Shown piece by piece: positions 31,983 to 44,165 of a DNA stretch of 64,000 nt; within the stretch, counting starts at the first letter, position 1, and the number at the start of each line of letters is the position of its first letter. The stretch is from Acidobacteriota bacterium (GTDB lineage Bacteria; Acidobacteriota; Blastocatellia; HR10). The DNA is taken from NCBI GenBank assembly GCA_030550025.1, contig JAUQQC010000002.1, positions 326,058-390,057 of the forward strand. Direction: 5' to 3'. Under the pieces are notes generated by a model. That model worked only from the letters and a program-made list of their open reading frames with translations. It was not told where the DNA came from and made no database searches. Both the position numbers and the translations under genes were made by a program.

Positions 31983-34115
31983 TTACGGCGTCGCCGATGG
32001 TACGGGCGGCAGAAGTCGCTCCAACTCGTCGGCGCGCGTCACCGGGTGATGGCACGTGAAGTTCTGACAGACATAGGCCGTGCACGGGGCCGGACGCCCG
32101 TCGGGTTCACGAAGGGGTTCGCGATCGCGCAAGAGTGGAATGAGGCGTGGGGCCTCTTCGTCCCCGATGCGGCGGAAGGCGATGACCGCATGAGGCAGAT
32201 AGCGCTCGGAGAGAACGCGTCGCATGGCGCGCGTCGTCGGCGCTTCCGGATCTCCCACGAGCGCGATCTCCTGCGCGGGGGCGAGCGCCAAATCCAATGC
32301 GCAGAGCAAGCGCCCGAAGCCGTAGGGGTGACGCCGCATCGGATCAGCGAAGAGGCGAAGGATCGTCTGCGCGCGTTCCCAATATGTGGCATCACCGGTG
32401 AAGCGATAGAGTCGCAGGAACACCTCAGCGGCCACGGCATTCCCCGAGGGAATAGCATGATCGAAGGCCTCCTTCATGCGCACGAGCACGTCCGGGTGCT
32501 CCGCGCTCGTGTAGAAGAGGCCGCCGCGCTCACTGTCCCAGAAGCGTTCGAGCATCGCGTCCGTGAGCGCGAGCGCTTCCCGAAACCATCGGGGATCGAA
32601 ATCGGCTTCGTACAGAGCGAGTAGCCCATCGATCAGGCACGCGTAATCATCCTGGTAGGCCGGGACCTTCGCCACGCCCTCGGCGAACATGTGCCAGAGC
32701 GCGCCATCGCGCCGCAGCGTCGTGAGCAGAAACTCCGCGTTTCGGCGCGCGGCGTGATAATACTCGTCGCGCTCCAGGACGATGGCCGCGCGCGCAAGGC
32801 TCCGGAGCATGAGGCCGTTCCAGGCGGCGAGGATCTTCTCATCGCGCGCGGGCTTCGCGCGTTGCTCCCGATGCTCCCAGAGCACTTGCCGAGCGCGCCC
32901 AACGATCGCCTCTAGCTCCGAGACCGTGAGCCCTTCCAGACGCGCGATGACTTCGGGATCGCGCGGGACGCTCAAGACGTTCTTCCCCTCGAAGTTCCCC
33001 CATTCCGTGACGCCGAAATAGCGGCAGACGATCTCCCCTTCTCGCTCGCCGAGCACGGCGCGGATCTCCTCGGGCGTCCAGACGTAGAATTTCCCCTCCT
33101 CACCTTCGCTATCGGCATCCTGCGCGGCATAAAATCCGCCTTGCAGGTCGGTCATCTCGCGCAGGATGTAGTGGAGCGTCTCCTCGACGACGTCTCGATA
33201 AAGAGGATTCCGCGTCAGTTGATACGCGACCAGGTACGCATGCGCCAGGAGGGCGTTGTCGTAGAGCATCTTCTCGAAGTGTGGGATCAACCACTGCGCA
33301 TCCGTGGCGTATCGGTGAAACCCGCCCCCCAGCTGATCGTAAATCCCCCCTCGTGCCATGCGCGTGAGCGTCTGCTCGACCATCTTCAACGCGTAAGCGT
33401 CTCCCGTGCGGAGGTACATGCGGAGCAGAAATTCCAGGACCATCGGCGCGGGGAATTTCGGCGCGCGTCCGAACCCCCCATAGGTGGGGTCGAACTGTTC
33501 GATCAAGGCGCGATAAGCCGCCTCGAGTAGCTCGGGCGTCACGTCGCGATCTGCTGGCTTCCAGGTGTTGATCGCGCGCAGATGATCGAGCACCTGTTGC
33601 CCGACTTTTTCGATCTCTTGGCGGCGCGTGCGGTACGCTTCGGCGACAGCCCGAAGCACGCGGGGGAAGGCGGGCAACCCATGCCGATCCACGGGCGGAA
33701 AGTACGTTCCCCCGTAGAACGGAATGCCCTCGGGCGTCAGAAAGACCGTCAGCGGCCATCCCCCATGTCCCGTCATCGCTTGCACGACGCTCATGTAGAG
33801 GGCATCCAAATCGGGTCGCTCCTCACGATCCACCTTGATGTTGACGAAGTGTTCGTTCATCACGCGCGCGATCTCTTCATTCTCGAACGATTCGCGTTCC
33901 ATGACGTGGCACCAGTGGCAGGCCGAATATCCGATGCTGAGCAAGATCGGCTTGTCCTCTCGCCGCGCCCGTTCGAACGCCTCTTCGCCCCATGGGTACC
34001 AATCCACGGGATTATGGGCATGCTGGCGCAGATAGAGACTCGTCTCATGGATCAGTCGGTTCGTATATCGCTTCTCGTTCATTGGCGATTCGCCTCCGTT
34101 GCCGCGCGCTCCCAC
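31983..34115 (-). CDS. Thioredoxin-domain protein YyaL/DUF255 (Trx-like plus six-hairpin glycosidase-like domains)
   Basis: [15 protein letters not shown] thioredoxin-like CxxC; long alpha/alpha-toroid C-terminal region; likely start MNEKRYT at 34082. Confidence 0.9.
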   Translation of the reverse strand: MGARGNGGESPMNEKRYTNRLIHETSLYLRQHAHNPVDWYPWGEEAFERARREDKPILLSIGYSACHWCHVMERESFENEEIARVMNEHFVNIKVDREERPDLDALYMSVVQAMTGHGGWPLTVFLTPEGIPFYGGTYFPPVDRHGLPAFPRVLRAVAEAYRTRRQEIEKVGQQVLDHLRAINTWKPADRDVTPELLEAAYRALIEQFDPTYGGFGRAPKFPAPMVLEFLLRMYLRTGDAYALKMVEQTLTRMARGGIYDQLGGGFHRYATDAQWLIPHFEKMLYDNALLAHAYLVAYQLTRNPLYRDVVEETLHYILREMTDLQGGFYAAQDADSEGEEGKFYVWTPEEIRAVLGEREGEIVCRYFGVTEWGNFEGKNVLSVPRDPEVIARLEGLTVSELEAIVGRARQVLWEHREQRAKPARDEKILAAWNGLMLRSLARAAIVLERDEYYHAARRNAEFLLTTLRRDGALWHMFAEGVAKVPAYQDDYACLIDGLLALYEADFDPRWFREALALTDAMLERFWDSERGGLFYTSAEHPDVLVRMKEAFDHAIPSGNAVAAEVFLRLYRFTGDATYWERAQTILRLFADPMRRHPYGFGRLLCALDLALAPAQEIALVGDPEAPTTRAMRRVLSERYLPHAVIAFRRIGDEEAPRLIPLLRDREPLREPDGRPAPCTAYVCQNFTCHHPVTRADELERLLPPVPSATP

Positions 34116-35173
34116 TCCAAAAGGGCAGGCGCGATGATCTCTTCAAACGCCTCCTGAAGCGCGGGGAAGCGTCCGAGCCGAAAGAGGACGCGCGCGGCTC
34201 GTCGAAGTGCTCGCGGGATGTAAGGCGCATAGACGGGATTCCCCAGCACGGCCGTTTGATAGGCATAGGTCCCGGTCGCCTTCAAGAGCCGTTGCAGCGA
34301 CATGAGATCCATCTCCTGTCGAAAGAGCGCGTGCCGTTTGGCCAAGCGCCAACTCGCGTCCACGCGCGCCTTCTGCTCGAGGAAGAATTCGATCATCTCC
34401 TCGGCAAGAGCGTCCTCCAGCTCTACATACGGATCGCCGAGTAATGAAGCGAGATCATAGCTGGGTGGCCCCAAGCGCGCATCCTGGTGGTCAATGATGT
34501 AGAGTCGGCCTCGATGGAGCATCAGGTTCCGCGAATGGAAATCCCGATGCGTCAACACGCGCGGGATCGCCGCCAGCTCCGTGGCGATCTCCAGGAATTC
34601 CGCGTGGAGACGTTCCACCCGTTCGAGATCGAGCGAGAGGCCGAGGTGCTTCTCGAAAAAGTTCGTGAAGAAGAAGCGCAGCTCCCAATCCAACTTCTCC
34701 ACGTCGAAGGCCAGGCGTGCTGCCACCGATCCGCACTCCTCGGCCAAGCGCGTGGCCTCCTGAATCCGAAGGATCAGCCTGACGGCTTCTCGATAGATGG
34801 CACGTCGCTCTTGGGGGCGAGCTGCGGGGAGCCAGTCCTGAAGTCGGATGTCGCCGAGGTCCTCCAGGAGCATCATCGCTCGCTCGCCATCGGCGTCGAA
34901 GAGTTTCGGTACGGGCAACCCGGCCTTGAGGAAGAGCGCCGTCACGTCGCAATAGGGGTGCGTGGCTGGATCGAACGGTTCAGGATAGCGCGCGACGACA
35001 TAATGGCTCCCGTCCGGGAAGTAGACGCGGAAATACTGCCGCACGGAGGCATCGCCCGCCAACCGCTCCACTCGAACGCCGTGGGGGGCGAGACCGAAGA
35101 CGCATGCGGCATAAGCGCGCACGGTGTCCTCGATGCCGTGTGCGTGCTCTTTTCGCTCGCCTTGATCGGACAT
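34079..35173 (-). CDS. APH/ChoK-family phosphotransferase (COG3178-type; possibly AmgK-like sugar anomeric kinase)
   Basis: [11 protein letters not shown] catalytic loop and IIDHQDA DFG-equivalent. Confidence 0.8.
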   Translation of the reverse strand: MSDQGERKEHAHGIEDTVRAYAACVFGLAPHGVRVERLAGDASVRQYFRVYFPDGSHYVVARYPEPFDPATHPYCDVTALFLKAGLPVPKLFDADGERAMMLLEDLGDIRLQDWLPAARPQERRAIYREAVRLILRIQEATRLAEECGSVAARLAFDVEKLDWELRFFFTNFFEKHLGLSLDLERVERLHAEFLEIATELAAIPRVLTHRDFHSRNLMLHRGRLYIIDHQDARLGPPSYDLASLLGDPYVELEDALAEEMIEFFLEQKARVDASWRLAKRHALFRQEMDLMSLQRLLKATGTYAYQTAVLGNPVYAPYIPRALRRAARVLFRLGRFPALQEAFEEIIAPALLEWERAATEANRQ

Positions 35174-35289
35174 GTTCGCTCTGGCAGTATAGCCAATCGC
35201 TTCGCACCGCGCAAAGACTTCGGATTGGGGGGCTCGATCAGTTGCCGCTCTCCTCGATGGGGGGTAGGATACTCGGCGGGGAGGGAAGG

Positions 35290-36567
35290 ATGGCCGATCG
35301 GGAGAGGACGCAGCCGTTGTTCCTGCATTCGGCAGCTCAGGTGGTGACGCTCGCTGGGCCGAACCGACCGCGCGTCGGTCGGGAGCTTGAGGAGCTGGGT
35401 CTCATCGAGAACGGCGCCGTGCTGATCGAAGGTGAGATCATCGCCGCCGTCGGGCCGACGGAAGCATTAGAGGCTGCGCTTCCCAGCGACGTGCAGCGAT
35501 GGGACGCGCACGGCATGGTCGTGCTGCCGGGCTTCGTGGATGCGCACACGCATCTGGTCTTCGCCGGCGATCGCGTCGAGGAGTTCGAATGGCGAATCCG
35601 GGGCCTGAGTTACGAGGAGATCGCCCACCGAGGAGGAGGGATTTGGACGACCGTACGGCGGACGCGGGCCGCTTCGGAAGACGCGCTGCTGGCGATCGCG
35701 CGCCGTCGCCTTCGTTGGTTCCTGGAGCACGGGACGACGACGATCGAGGTCAAAAGCGGATATGGCTTGAGCCGGGAGGAAGAGCTGAAAATCTTGCGCG
35801 TGATCCGACGGCTTCACCAAGAGGGTCCGCTCGAGATCGTCCCGACGCTTTTAGCCGCTCACGTCGTTCCCGAGGAATATGCCGCCGATCGTTCGGCCTA
35901 TGTGCGAATGATCGTGGAGGAGTTGTTGCCGGAGGTCGCAAGCGAAGGCCTGGCGGAGTATCACGATGTCTTTTGCGATGCGGGCGCGTTCACGGTCGAA
36001 GAGGCGCGAGTTTTGATGGAAACCGCGCGCGCGCATGGGTTGAAGCTGCGCCTGCATGCGGAGCAACTCACGCGCTCGGGCGCCGCGCGCTTGGCCGCCG
36101 AGTTTCGGGCCCGGACGGCAGACCACTTGGAGAAGATCACGGACGAGGACATCGCCGCTTTAGCGGAAGCCGGGGTGATGGCTGTGCTCCTCCCTGGAGC
36201 ATGCTTTCATCTCGGCCGAGGCGATTACCCTCCGGCGCGAAAACTCATCGAGGCGGGCGTCCCCGTCGTCCTCGCGACGGATTTCAATCCGGGAACCTCT
36301 CCCACGTCGAGCATGCCCATGATCCTCTCGCTCGCCTGCACGCAGATGGGGCTGACCCCGGCCGAAGCGATCACGGCAGCGACGATCAATGCCGCCTATA
36401 GCCTCGATCGCGGCCATCGCGTGGGATCGCTTGAAGTCGGTAAGCGAGCTGATCTCGTCCTCTTCGAGGCCTCGGATTATCGCCAGATCCCTTATTTCTT
36501 TGGTGTGAACTTGGTGCGCGCTGTCTTCGCCCGCGGTCGCTTGGTGTACGAACGAGAAACGACATAG
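35290..36567 (+). CDS. hutI: Imidazolonepropionase-family amidohydrolase (HutI-like)
   Basis: GGGAGGGAAGG Shine-Dalgarno before ATG 35290 (track ORF 35104 N-extension rejected); GFVDAHTHLVFAGDR metal site; KSGYGL; DFNPGTSP. Confidence 0.85.
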   Translation: MADRERTQPLFLHSAAQVVTLAGPNRPRVGRELEELGLIENGAVLIEGEIIAAVGPTEALEAALPSDVQRWDAHGMVVLPGFVDAHTHLVFAGDRVEEFEWRIRGLSYEEIAHRGGGIWTTVRRTRAASEDALLAIARRRLRWFLEHGTTTIEVKSGYGLSREEELKILRVIRRLHQEGPLEIVPTLLAAHVVPEEYAADRSAYVRMIVEELLPEVASEGLAEYHDVFCDAGAFTVEEARVLMETARAHGLKLRLHAEQLTRSGAARLAAEFRARTADHLEKITDEDIAALAEAGVMAVLLPGACFHLGRGDYPPARKLIEAGVPVVLATDFNPGTSPTSSMPMILSLACTQMGLTPAEAITAATINAAYSLDRGHRVGSLEVGKRADLVLFEASDYRQIPYFFGVNLVRAVFARGRLVYERETT

Positions 36568-36624
36568 GTCCTCCGCAAGGGCCAGACGCAAGAGGGGCGA
36601 CTCCAGTTCGCCCCTCCGTCCGAG

Positions 36625-38400
36625 CTATCGGCCTCGAATGGCAAAGATCACACCGGCCTTCGGGCGCCGAATCTCCGGTGGACCGTCTCCAAACGGAGAC
36701 GTCGCGACGATGTCCGCTTTCCCATCACCGTCCAGATCGGCCATGGCGAGGGAGAACCCCACCTGATCCCCAATAATGGCGCCGTAGATCGTTCGATCCG
36801 GATCGGGTGGCGTCTCCGAGAAATCCACCGTGCCGCGCGGGAAGCCAGCTCCACCGAGGATAATGTAGATCTCGCCGGCTCCATCCCGTCGGTTCCCTGG
36901 CCCATCGGCCGCTGGCGCCGACAGGATCAGGTCTTTCCGACCGTCTCCGTTCCAGTCCCCGACGGCGATGGCAAATCCCAAGGCATCTCCAGGTTCAGCG
37001 CCATAGAACTGCGTGTCAGGTGGGGCCTTCTGCAAATCCCGACTCCCCGTCAGAGAACTACCGCCAAAGAGGACATAGACTTCTCCTGCACCTATGCGCG
37101 TATCTCCCGGGCCAGAGCCTTGAGGGACACCGAGGATGAGATCGTCTATCCCATCCCCATTCACATCGCCCGCCGCGACGACGCTCCCCATAAGGTCAGC
37201 AGCGTTAATCCCGTTGATCGTGATGTTCGGGGCTTCAGGGCCAGACGTCTTTGAGGTATCGCGCCGGGATGCCGGTGAGCGGCTCCCGAAAAAGGCATAC
37301 ACTCGCCCTTGGCTGATGTCATTTCCGGCTGTATAAAAAGGTGCACCTCCAATGACGTCTCCGATCCCATCTCCGTTGATATCTCCCACAGCCACGGATT
37401 GCCCAAGGCCCTCGCCAACTCTATAGATTGAAGCGACTGTGGTCGTTCGCCCATAGATTACAATGTTCGCATCCGGCGAAGTCGGATTGCTTCCGATGTC
37501 CTTAAGAGGCGTCCAGCTACGAGAGCCAAAGAGGATATAGATGGCTCCTGCTGAAACTGGAAGACCAAGAGCCGGAGACGTGGTCCGGTTCCCATCCGGG
37601 CCTTTCACGCCCGGTGCGCCGATGATCAGGTCAGCGATCCCATCCCCATTCACGTCGCCCGTGGTGACGGCCGTACCGGCCTGATCCTGCACGTTCTTCC
37701 CCGCCGGCCCTCCCCATCCGATGATCGTGACATCAGCCGGGAGGGAGCGCAAGTCGCGCGTCGGGGTAGCCGCGATAGAGGAACCACCGAAGAGGACATA
37801 AACCTCACCCACATTTGGTCGGGTGTTATTCGGCCCATCCGCAAAAGGAGCGCCGATGACCACGTCGGCCACGCCATCACCGTTGACATCACCGGCAGCG
37901 AGGCTAAGACCCAACTGATCGTCCGCATCCGCCCCGTAGATGACGACATCCGGTTTTTCGGCGCTCAGGTCTCGAACAAGCGGCGGCCTCTGTCCCGGCC
38001 GTCCCAGGACGATGTAGACGGCCCCGCAATTGGATCGCGTTCCGTCTGGTCCGTCATTATATGGCACACCTATGATGAGATCGTTTATCCTATCGCCATT
38101 GACGTCGGCCGCGATAGCACTAATGTTGCCGGAGATTTGACCGGCAACCCCCACCGTGATGCCATCTCCAGGGGTTATCCCGATCAAAGTCCAATCAGGT
38201 CCTTGTTGAAGGTCTATGGCGGCGGGCACTGCGTCCTCGCGCGACGGGGAGGGCCGCGCTGAACGCACAAGCCACGATCCGAAGATCAGAAGAGCAAGCA
38301 ACGCAAATGCTATGACGTGAAGGGAGACGCGGCGAACGATTTGCCAAGGCATGTGAGACCCTCCTTGTACGATCATGAGATCCTTTCGCCTCTTGGCCAA
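36625..38400 (-). CDS. FG-GAP / integrin-alpha-like repeat protein (secreted or membrane-anchored)
   Basis: About seven repeats of DxNGDGxxDLxxGxP with FG...GAP spacing; N-terminal TM anchor. Confidence 0.85.
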   Translation of the reverse strand: MAKRRKDLMIVQGGSHMPWQIVRRVSLHVIAFALLALLIFGSWLVRSARPSPSREDAVPAAIDLQQGPDWTLIGITPGDGITVGVAGQISGNISAIAADVNGDRINDLIIGVPYNDGPDGTRSNCGAVYIVLGRPGQRPPLVRDLSAEKPDVVIYGADADDQLGLSLAAGDVNGDGVADVVIGAPFADGPNNTRPNVGEVYVLFGGSSIAATPTRDLRSLPADVTIIGWGGPAGKNVQDQAGTAVTTGDVNGDGIADLIIGAPGVKGPDGNRTTSPALGLPVSAGAIYILFGSRSWTPLKDIGSNPTSPDANIVIYGRTTTVASIYRVGEGLGQSVAVGDINGDGIGDVIGGAPFYTAGNDISQGRVYAFFGSRSPASRRDTSKTSGPEAPNITINGINAADLMGSVVAAGDVNGDGIDDLILGVPQGSGPGDTRIGAGEVYVLFGGSSLTGSRDLQKAPPDTQFYGAEPGDALGFAIAVGDWNGDGRKDLILSAPAADGPGNRRDGAGEIYIILGGAGFPRGTVDFSETPPDPDRTIYGAIIGDQVGFSLAMADLDGDGKADIVATSPFGDGPPEIRRPKAGVIFAIRGR

Positions 38401-38546
38401 TGGGTGAGGGAGCTATAGGGAGAGATGCGTTCGAAAGTTTTCCGGAAACGAGAACGCTTCATCTCTTCTCCCTCACACATAGCGAAGCTCACTTATATCA
38501 GATGGACTGGGCATCGTCAAGGCGTCTTTCAAAACAGGGGGGATCT

Positions 38547-39278
38547 TCAGCCTTTGATCCGTTGCACGCCCGGTGGGAGCTTTTGCTCGAAGAGGCTCTC
38601 GGGGAGGCTCACGTTGAGCCTCACGTCCTCGAGCTTGAGGAGCGTCTCATCGCGATTCGCTTCGACGATCTTCTGCACGGTGGGCAGCCAGAGCTGATGA
38701 TCCACCCAGAGGTCAACGCGACGATAGAGGCCGCGCCGATTTGGCTTCGGAGTGAGGACCAGATGCGAGAGGCGGCGGCCCTCGATCGTCTCCTGCCCGA
38801 CGAGGGCGATCTCGTAATCCTCGGCGGCTTGAGCGAGGCCGTTGAAGAGATAGGCGAGGAAGCCAGCAGCCGCGCGCAGCGAGTGGCGATCGATGACGCC
38901 TTCGATTGCCTGATTGATCCGGGGTTGATAGAGCAGGAAGCGGTCGCCTTTGACCGTGATGATCCGTTTCTCGGGGACATTGATTTCGATGCGGAGGGAG
39001 ACGTTTCGCTCGCTTTTCCGCTTCATGTAGAGGACGCCCTTTTCGGGCGGGTCTTTCAGACCGAGCTGTGCGTAGAACTTCTCCTGGCTGAGCGCAGCGC
39101 GCAGCGTTTGCATGCGTCGCACGGCCTGCGTCATCCGCTCCAGGATCGGCGTGACGGCCAGGCCCGAATCAGGCGCTCCGTGACCGCGCGGAGAAGGCGC
39201 GCTCAAAAGAGCGAGCACAGCACCTAAGCCCGAAACGAGGTTCGCCCATCGCCTCCATGTCGTCCGTTTCTTCCACAT
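38547..39278 (-). CDS. LolA-like outer-membrane lipoprotein carrier protein
   Basis: Signal peptide; about 240 aa; motifs resembling the LolA family (FYAQLGLKDPPEKGVLYMKRKSERNVSLRIE...). Confidence 0.7.
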   Translation of the reverse strand: MWKKRTTWRRWANLVSGLGAVLALLSAPSPRGHGAPDSGLAVTPILERMTQAVRRMQTLRAALSQEKFYAQLGLKDPPEKGVLYMKRKSERNVSLRIEINVPEKRIITVKGDRFLLYQPRINQAIEGVIDRHSLRAAAGFLAYLFNGLAQAAEDYEIALVGQETIEGRRLSHLVLTPKPNRRGLYRRVDLWVDHQLWLPTVQKIVEANRDETLLKLEDVRLNVSLPESLFEQKLPPGVQRIKG

Positions 39279-39311
39279 ATGGCACTCACCGCAAGATAGG
39301 CGAGGGAGGCG

Positions 39312-39593
39312 CTACTTGTCAATGGCCGGCGCGGGAGGGATTTTCGCGTCGTTCTTTTGCTTCTCCGATGCGCTCGCCTGCAAGGGCGGTCGGGGCGGCG
39401 TCTCGCGCTGCTCCACTCCACGAGGCGAGATCGAACCAGCGCCCGAACGATTGAACCAGCTGTTCGGCGTCAGGAAGATGAAGGCGAGGATCAAGAGACA
39501 AAGCACATCGTATTGCCAGGTCCCGCGCTCATAGGACCAGAGTAGGACATTCTTGAGCGCCGCGAGCAGCTTCATACCCATCCCCGCGCACAA
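39312..39593 (-). CDS. Small hypothetical membrane protein
   Basis: One predicted TM helix (VLCLLILAFIFL); lies between the ABC ATPase and the LolA-like gene on the same strand. Confidence 0.35.
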   Translation of the reverse strand: MCAGMGMKLLAALKNVLLWSYERGTWQYDVLCLLILAFIFLTPNSWFNRSGAGSISPRGVEQRETPPRPPLQASASEKQKNDAKIPPAPAIDK

Positions 39594-39636
39594 GGGATAA
39601 ATTGTACGATGAGGATGCGCCTGGCGACAAGGGGGG

Positions 39637-40323
<687 letters not shown>

Positions 40324-40336
40324 CGGTGTCCCTCCC

Positions 40337-41458
40337 TCACTCATACGCGAGCGCTCGAACGGGATCCTGGCGGGCGGCGCGCACGGCCGGATACAGGGCG
40401 CCCAGGGCACCGGCCAAAAGGCCCACAAGCGTCGCCACCAGGAACCATGGCCACTCGAACCGCACAATGAGCGAGGTATAGCGCATGATGCCCACTTTCG
40501 TGAGGAACGAGAGGACGTATCCGACGGCGACGCCCAGCGCGCTGATCGTCAGCGCCTCTTTCTCGATGGCGGCGATGATGAAGCGGCGTGAGGCGCCGAG
40601 CGATTTCAGGATGCCGATCTCGCGCGTGCGCTCGGTGATGGACGTGTACATGGCCAGCAGGATGACGAGCGCACTGACGGTGAGCGCCAGTCCGACGACG
40701 ACCCGCAGGAAGATATTGAGCGACGGGATGCCGCGATCGTAGTAACTCGGGATATCGCGCGTGAAGATGATCTGGTTTCCGGGCAGGACGGCTTCGATGC
40801 GCTCGGCGACGCGCTCCTGCTCATTCGGATCGAGGCATTTCACGAGGATGGAGGAGCATTTCCCTTCGGCGCCGAGCAACTGCTGCATCTTCGCGAGCCG
40901 CATCTTCACGCGCGCGCCGCTCTCGGGTTCGTAGATGCCGGCAACCGTGAACGTGTGATTGAGCAGCTCGATGCGCGCGCCGGGGGTGAGCTTTTTCGTC
41001 ATCGCGTAGTGGCGATCCACGATGATCTCCTCATCGCTTTGCAGGGGACGTCCCTGAACGATGCGGATGCCGCTGATCGCCGCGTAGGTCGTATACTCGT
41101 CGGTGGGGTGATCCACGATGCCTTCGATCATCTCAAAGCCGATGCCGCCGGCTCCGCTGCGAATATAGCGTCCAATGGGGGTGACGGCGCGCACGCCCTC
41201 GATTTGGCGCAGGCGTTTGGCGTAGGCGACGGGCAGCGCCATAGGCGTTGCCGTGATGCTCGCCCCCAGCGTGCCGGCGGACTGAAAGATGATCTCCGCG
41301 CCGACGTTCTTCTCCCGCTGTCCCGTCTCATAGAGGATCCCGCGCGCCAATCCGACGGTCACCAGGATCAACAGGACGCCCAAGGCGATCCCGAGCATGC
41401 TCGCGATCGTCCGCGTCGGGCGCGCCAGGAGATTGGCCAGGACGAAGCTATGCCGCAT
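40337..41458 (-). CDS. ABC transporter permease, FtsX/LolC/MacB family
   Basis: N-terminal TM helix, large periplasmic loop, C-terminal 3-TM FtsX domain ([13 protein letters not shown]). Confidence 0.9.
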   Translation of the reverse strand: MRHSFVLANLLARPTRTIASMLGIALGVLLILVTVGLARGILYETGQREKNVGAEIIFQSAGTLGASITATPMALPVAYAKRLRQIEGVRAVTPIGRYIRSGAGGIGFEMIEGIVDHPTDEYTTYAAISGIRIVQGRPLQSDEEIIVDRHYAMTKKLTPGARIELLNHTFTVAGIYEPESGARVKMRLAKMQQLLGAEGKCSSILVKCLDPNEQERVAERIEAVLPGNQIIFTRDIPSYYDRGIPSLNIFLRVVVGLALTVSALVILLAMYTSITERTREIGILKSLGASRRFIIAAIEKEALTISALGVAVGYVLSFLTKVGIMRYTSLIVRFEWPWFLVATLVGLLAGALGALYPAVRAARQDPVRALAYE

Positions 41459-42517
41459 TCAGTTCCCTTTTCGATCGAGGTTGATGACTCGGACGGCGTC
41501 CCCCCACTCAGCGGGTTTCTCCAGGCGGAAGAGCGCATCGGAGACCTCGCCATTAATGACTAGGCTTGTGCGGTCCAGGCCCAGGCGAACCGAGTATTGA
41601 TCGTATGGGCGCGCGATCCGAATCTCGAGAGGGATGAGATAGGAGGAGTTCGGAGCGGTGGCGAAGTCCTCGTAGCGGATCTCGCTGCGGATTTCGCCCG
41701 CTTCGCCGAAGACCTGTTGCCGCACAAGGAGTAGGCCGCGCGTGCGATCGAACCAGAATTTCTTCCGAATGCGCGCGCGATTGGGTCCGATCGGTTCCAG
41801 AAGCGAGATGATGTAGTAGCTGCGGATGATCAAGCGCGGCTTTTGTCCGGGCGCGCGCTCTTCCTCGATCTGCCGGAATTCTTCCAGCGCGGCGAGCCCG
41901 TTCGTATCGGCCGCATCCACCGGTTCCCACAGCAGCGCCTCGGTGATATGCTGTGGGCGAACGCGGCGCAGCGATCCGACCTCGCGCCACTGCGGATTGC
42001 GCTCGAGCGCTTCTTCGCGCTCGGTGTAATCTCGATCGTTCGAGCCCTCGACGAAGAGGCGGTGATCCTCGGGATAGACGAGGAGCTGGAAGCGATGACC
42101 GTCCGAGGCCAGCTCGGCGATGGTCGTCTTCACCAGCGGCGCTTGAATGAGCAGGCGCACGTTAGCCGGCCGCGCGAGGATCAGCCGTCCATCGGCCGTG
42201 CGATAGCGCCGACCCAATCCCGATTCGGGCGCTTCGGCCTGAAACTGAATGGCGATGCGGGCCGAGAGCGTGCGTACCCGTTGAAAGTCGTTCAGGCGCG
42301 CGAGCAGATCCTCCAAGGTCGCCGTGCTCAACGGAGCGACCAATTGCGGCACCTTGACCTCGCGCGAGACCAAACCACAGCCAAGGCTGACCGACAGGCC
42401 CCACACAATAAAGAGGATTACGCCGCCTTTCTTGATCCAGAGCCCCGCGTTCACTGTCCGTCGAAATAGGCAGGCTACCAGATGGGGCGCGCCGCTGTCA
42501 AACGCCGCTCTCCGCAT
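41459..42517 (-). CDS. Hypothetical lipoprotein (LolB/LppX-like fold possible)
   Basis: Signal peptide with candidate lipobox SLGC; its stop abuts the permease start (operon). Confidence 0.6.
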   Translation of the reverse strand: MRRAAFDSGAPHLVACLFRRTVNAGLWIKKGGVILFIVWGLSVSLGCGLVSREVKVPQLVAPLSTATLEDLLARLNDFQRVRTLSARIAIQFQAEAPESGLGRRYRTADGRLILARPANVRLLIQAPLVKTTIAELASDGHRFQLLVYPEDHRLFVEGSNDRDYTEREEALERNPQWREVGSLRRVRPQHITEALLWEPVDAADTNGLAALEEFRQIEEERAPGQKPRLIIRSYYIISLLEPIGPNRARIRKKFWFDRTRGLLLVRQQVFGEAGEIRSEIRYEDFATAPNSSYLIPLEIRIARPYDQYSVRLGLDRTSLVINGEVSDALFRLEKPAEWGDAVRVINLDRKGN

Positions 42518-42534
42518 ACGCCGAGCGACTCGAT

Positions 42535-44154
42535 GTGCGCCTCGAATCTGGTATAATGAGCAAGCGTGAGCACACTATGGGGGAGGCGAACATGGAACGC
42601 ATGTCGGAAGGAACGGCTGGCTCTTCGCCGGCCTGGGGGCTCTGGAAGCGATGGATGATGCCGCTCGGCTTGAGCCTGAGTGTGGTCCTGGGCCTTGGTT
42701 TAGGGGTTTGGATCTCCGGAGGGACTTCGGCCCGGCAATCGGCGCGACCGCTTCAGGTGAGCGAGAGCCATGTCGCGCCGACCGGAGCGCTCGCGACGGC
42801 GCTCGCCCTCTCGGAGGCATTCGCGCAGGTCGCGCGTCAGGTCGAGCCCGCCGTCGTCCATATTGAGACGGAGGCAGTGCGGACGGGTCGGCGCTCGGAG
42901 GATCCTTTCGATTTCTTCTTCGGCCCGCGTGGACGGCCGCGCCGTGGGACGGGATCGGGCGTGATCGTGGACCCGGAGGGGTACATCCTCACCAACTACC
43001 ACGTCATTCGTGGCGCTTCGACAGTTCGGGTCAAGACCTTCGATGGCAAGACCTATGTGCCGGAGGTGATCGGTGTGGATCCGGAGACGGATCTGGCCGT
43101 GATCAAGATCTCGCGGGGCGACCCCTTCCCCTACGCGCGCATGGGGGACTCGAACAAGTTGCGCGTCGGCGATTGGGTCTTGGCCATTGGCAGTCCGTTC
43201 GGTTTGGAGCAGACGGTCACGGCGGGAATCATCAGCGCGAAGGATCGCGTCACCGATGGAGAGAACGCGCCGTTCCAGCGGTTCTTGCAGACGGATGCGG
43301 CGATCAATCCCGGGAATTCCGGTGGGCCGCTCGTCAATTTGATGGGAGAGGTCGTCGGCATCAACACGCAGATCTCAACGAGCACGGGCTATTTCAATGG
43401 CGTGGGGTTCGCGCTGCCGTCGTCTCTGGCCGTCGAGGTCTACAATCAACTGGTGCGTCGCGGCCGCGTCGCGCGGGGGTATTTGGGCGTCTACGTGAAG
43501 CCGGTGACGCCACCGATCGCGCGCCTGAACGGCTTGAAGGAGCCGCAGGGGGCGCTCGTCGAGAGTGTCACGGATCCGGAGAGTCCGGCGGCGCGAGCGG
43601 GATTGCAGACGGGCGACATCATCGTGGAGATCGACGGCGAGCCGGTCCGAGACAGTCGTGATCTCACGCGGCGCGTGGCCTCGATGGACGTCGGGCGCAC
43701 GGTGCGATTGAAGTATATTCGCGATGGGCGCGAGTACGTCACCAGCGTCAAGCTTGGCGTTCGTCCGTCGCTCGCGGATCGCCGTGAGGAACCGTTGCGC
43801 GATGAGCCTCGCGGCAAGAACGCTCAGCCGCCGGAGGAGAAGAAGTCATCTGGACCGTCGCGCCTGGGCGCGACGCTGGAACCGGTAACTCCTCATGTGG
43901 CTGACGTCCTTAAGCTCGGAGCCGTTCGTGGAGCCATCGTTAGGGAGATCGAGGAGGAGAGCTTTGCCGAAACTCTCGGCCTCATGCCAGGCGACGTGAT
44001 CCTCTCGATCAATCGCGTGGAGATTCGAAGCCCAGAAGACGTCAAACGTCTCTTTGAGGGATTGAGATCGGGCGACGATGTGGTGATGATCGTCGCGCGC
44101 GCCAATCGAGGAGTCGGCCCGAGCCGCTCTGTGCTCTCGGGGACGATCCCATAG
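42535..44154 (+). CDS. HtrA/DegP-family serine protease, second paralog (trypsin domain plus 2 PDZ)
   Basis: TDAAINPGNSGGPLVN catalytic Ser; YHV(His); DLAV(Asp); two PDZ regions; N-terminal TM anchor; several candidate starts between 42535 and 42601. Confidence 0.9.
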   Translation: MRLESGIMSKREHTMGEANMERMSEGTAGSSPAWGLWKRWMMPLGLSLSVVLGLGLGVWISGGTSARQSARPLQVSESHVAPTGALATALALSEAFAQVARQVEPAVVHIETEAVRTGRRSEDPFDFFFGPRGRPRRGTGSGVIVDPEGYILTNYHVIRGASTVRVKTFDGKTYVPEVIGVDPETDLAVIKISRGDPFPYARMGDSNKLRVGDWVLAIGSPFGLEQTVTAGIISAKDRVTDGENAPFQRFLQTDAAINPGNSGGPLVNLMGEVVGINTQISTSTGYFNGVGFALPSSLAVEVYNQLVRRGRVARGYLGVYVKPVTPPIARLNGLKEPQGALVESVTDPESPAARAGLQTGDIIVEIDGEPVRDSRDLTRRVASMDVGRTVRLKYIRDGREYVTSVKLGVRPSLADRREEPLRDEPRGKNAQPPEEKKSSGPSRLGATLEPVTPHVADVLKLGAVRGAIVREIEEESFAETLGLMPGDVILSINRVEIRSPEDVKRLFEGLRSGDDVVMIVARANRGVGPSRSVLSGTIP

Positions 44155-44165
44155 GAGGAGGCCTT

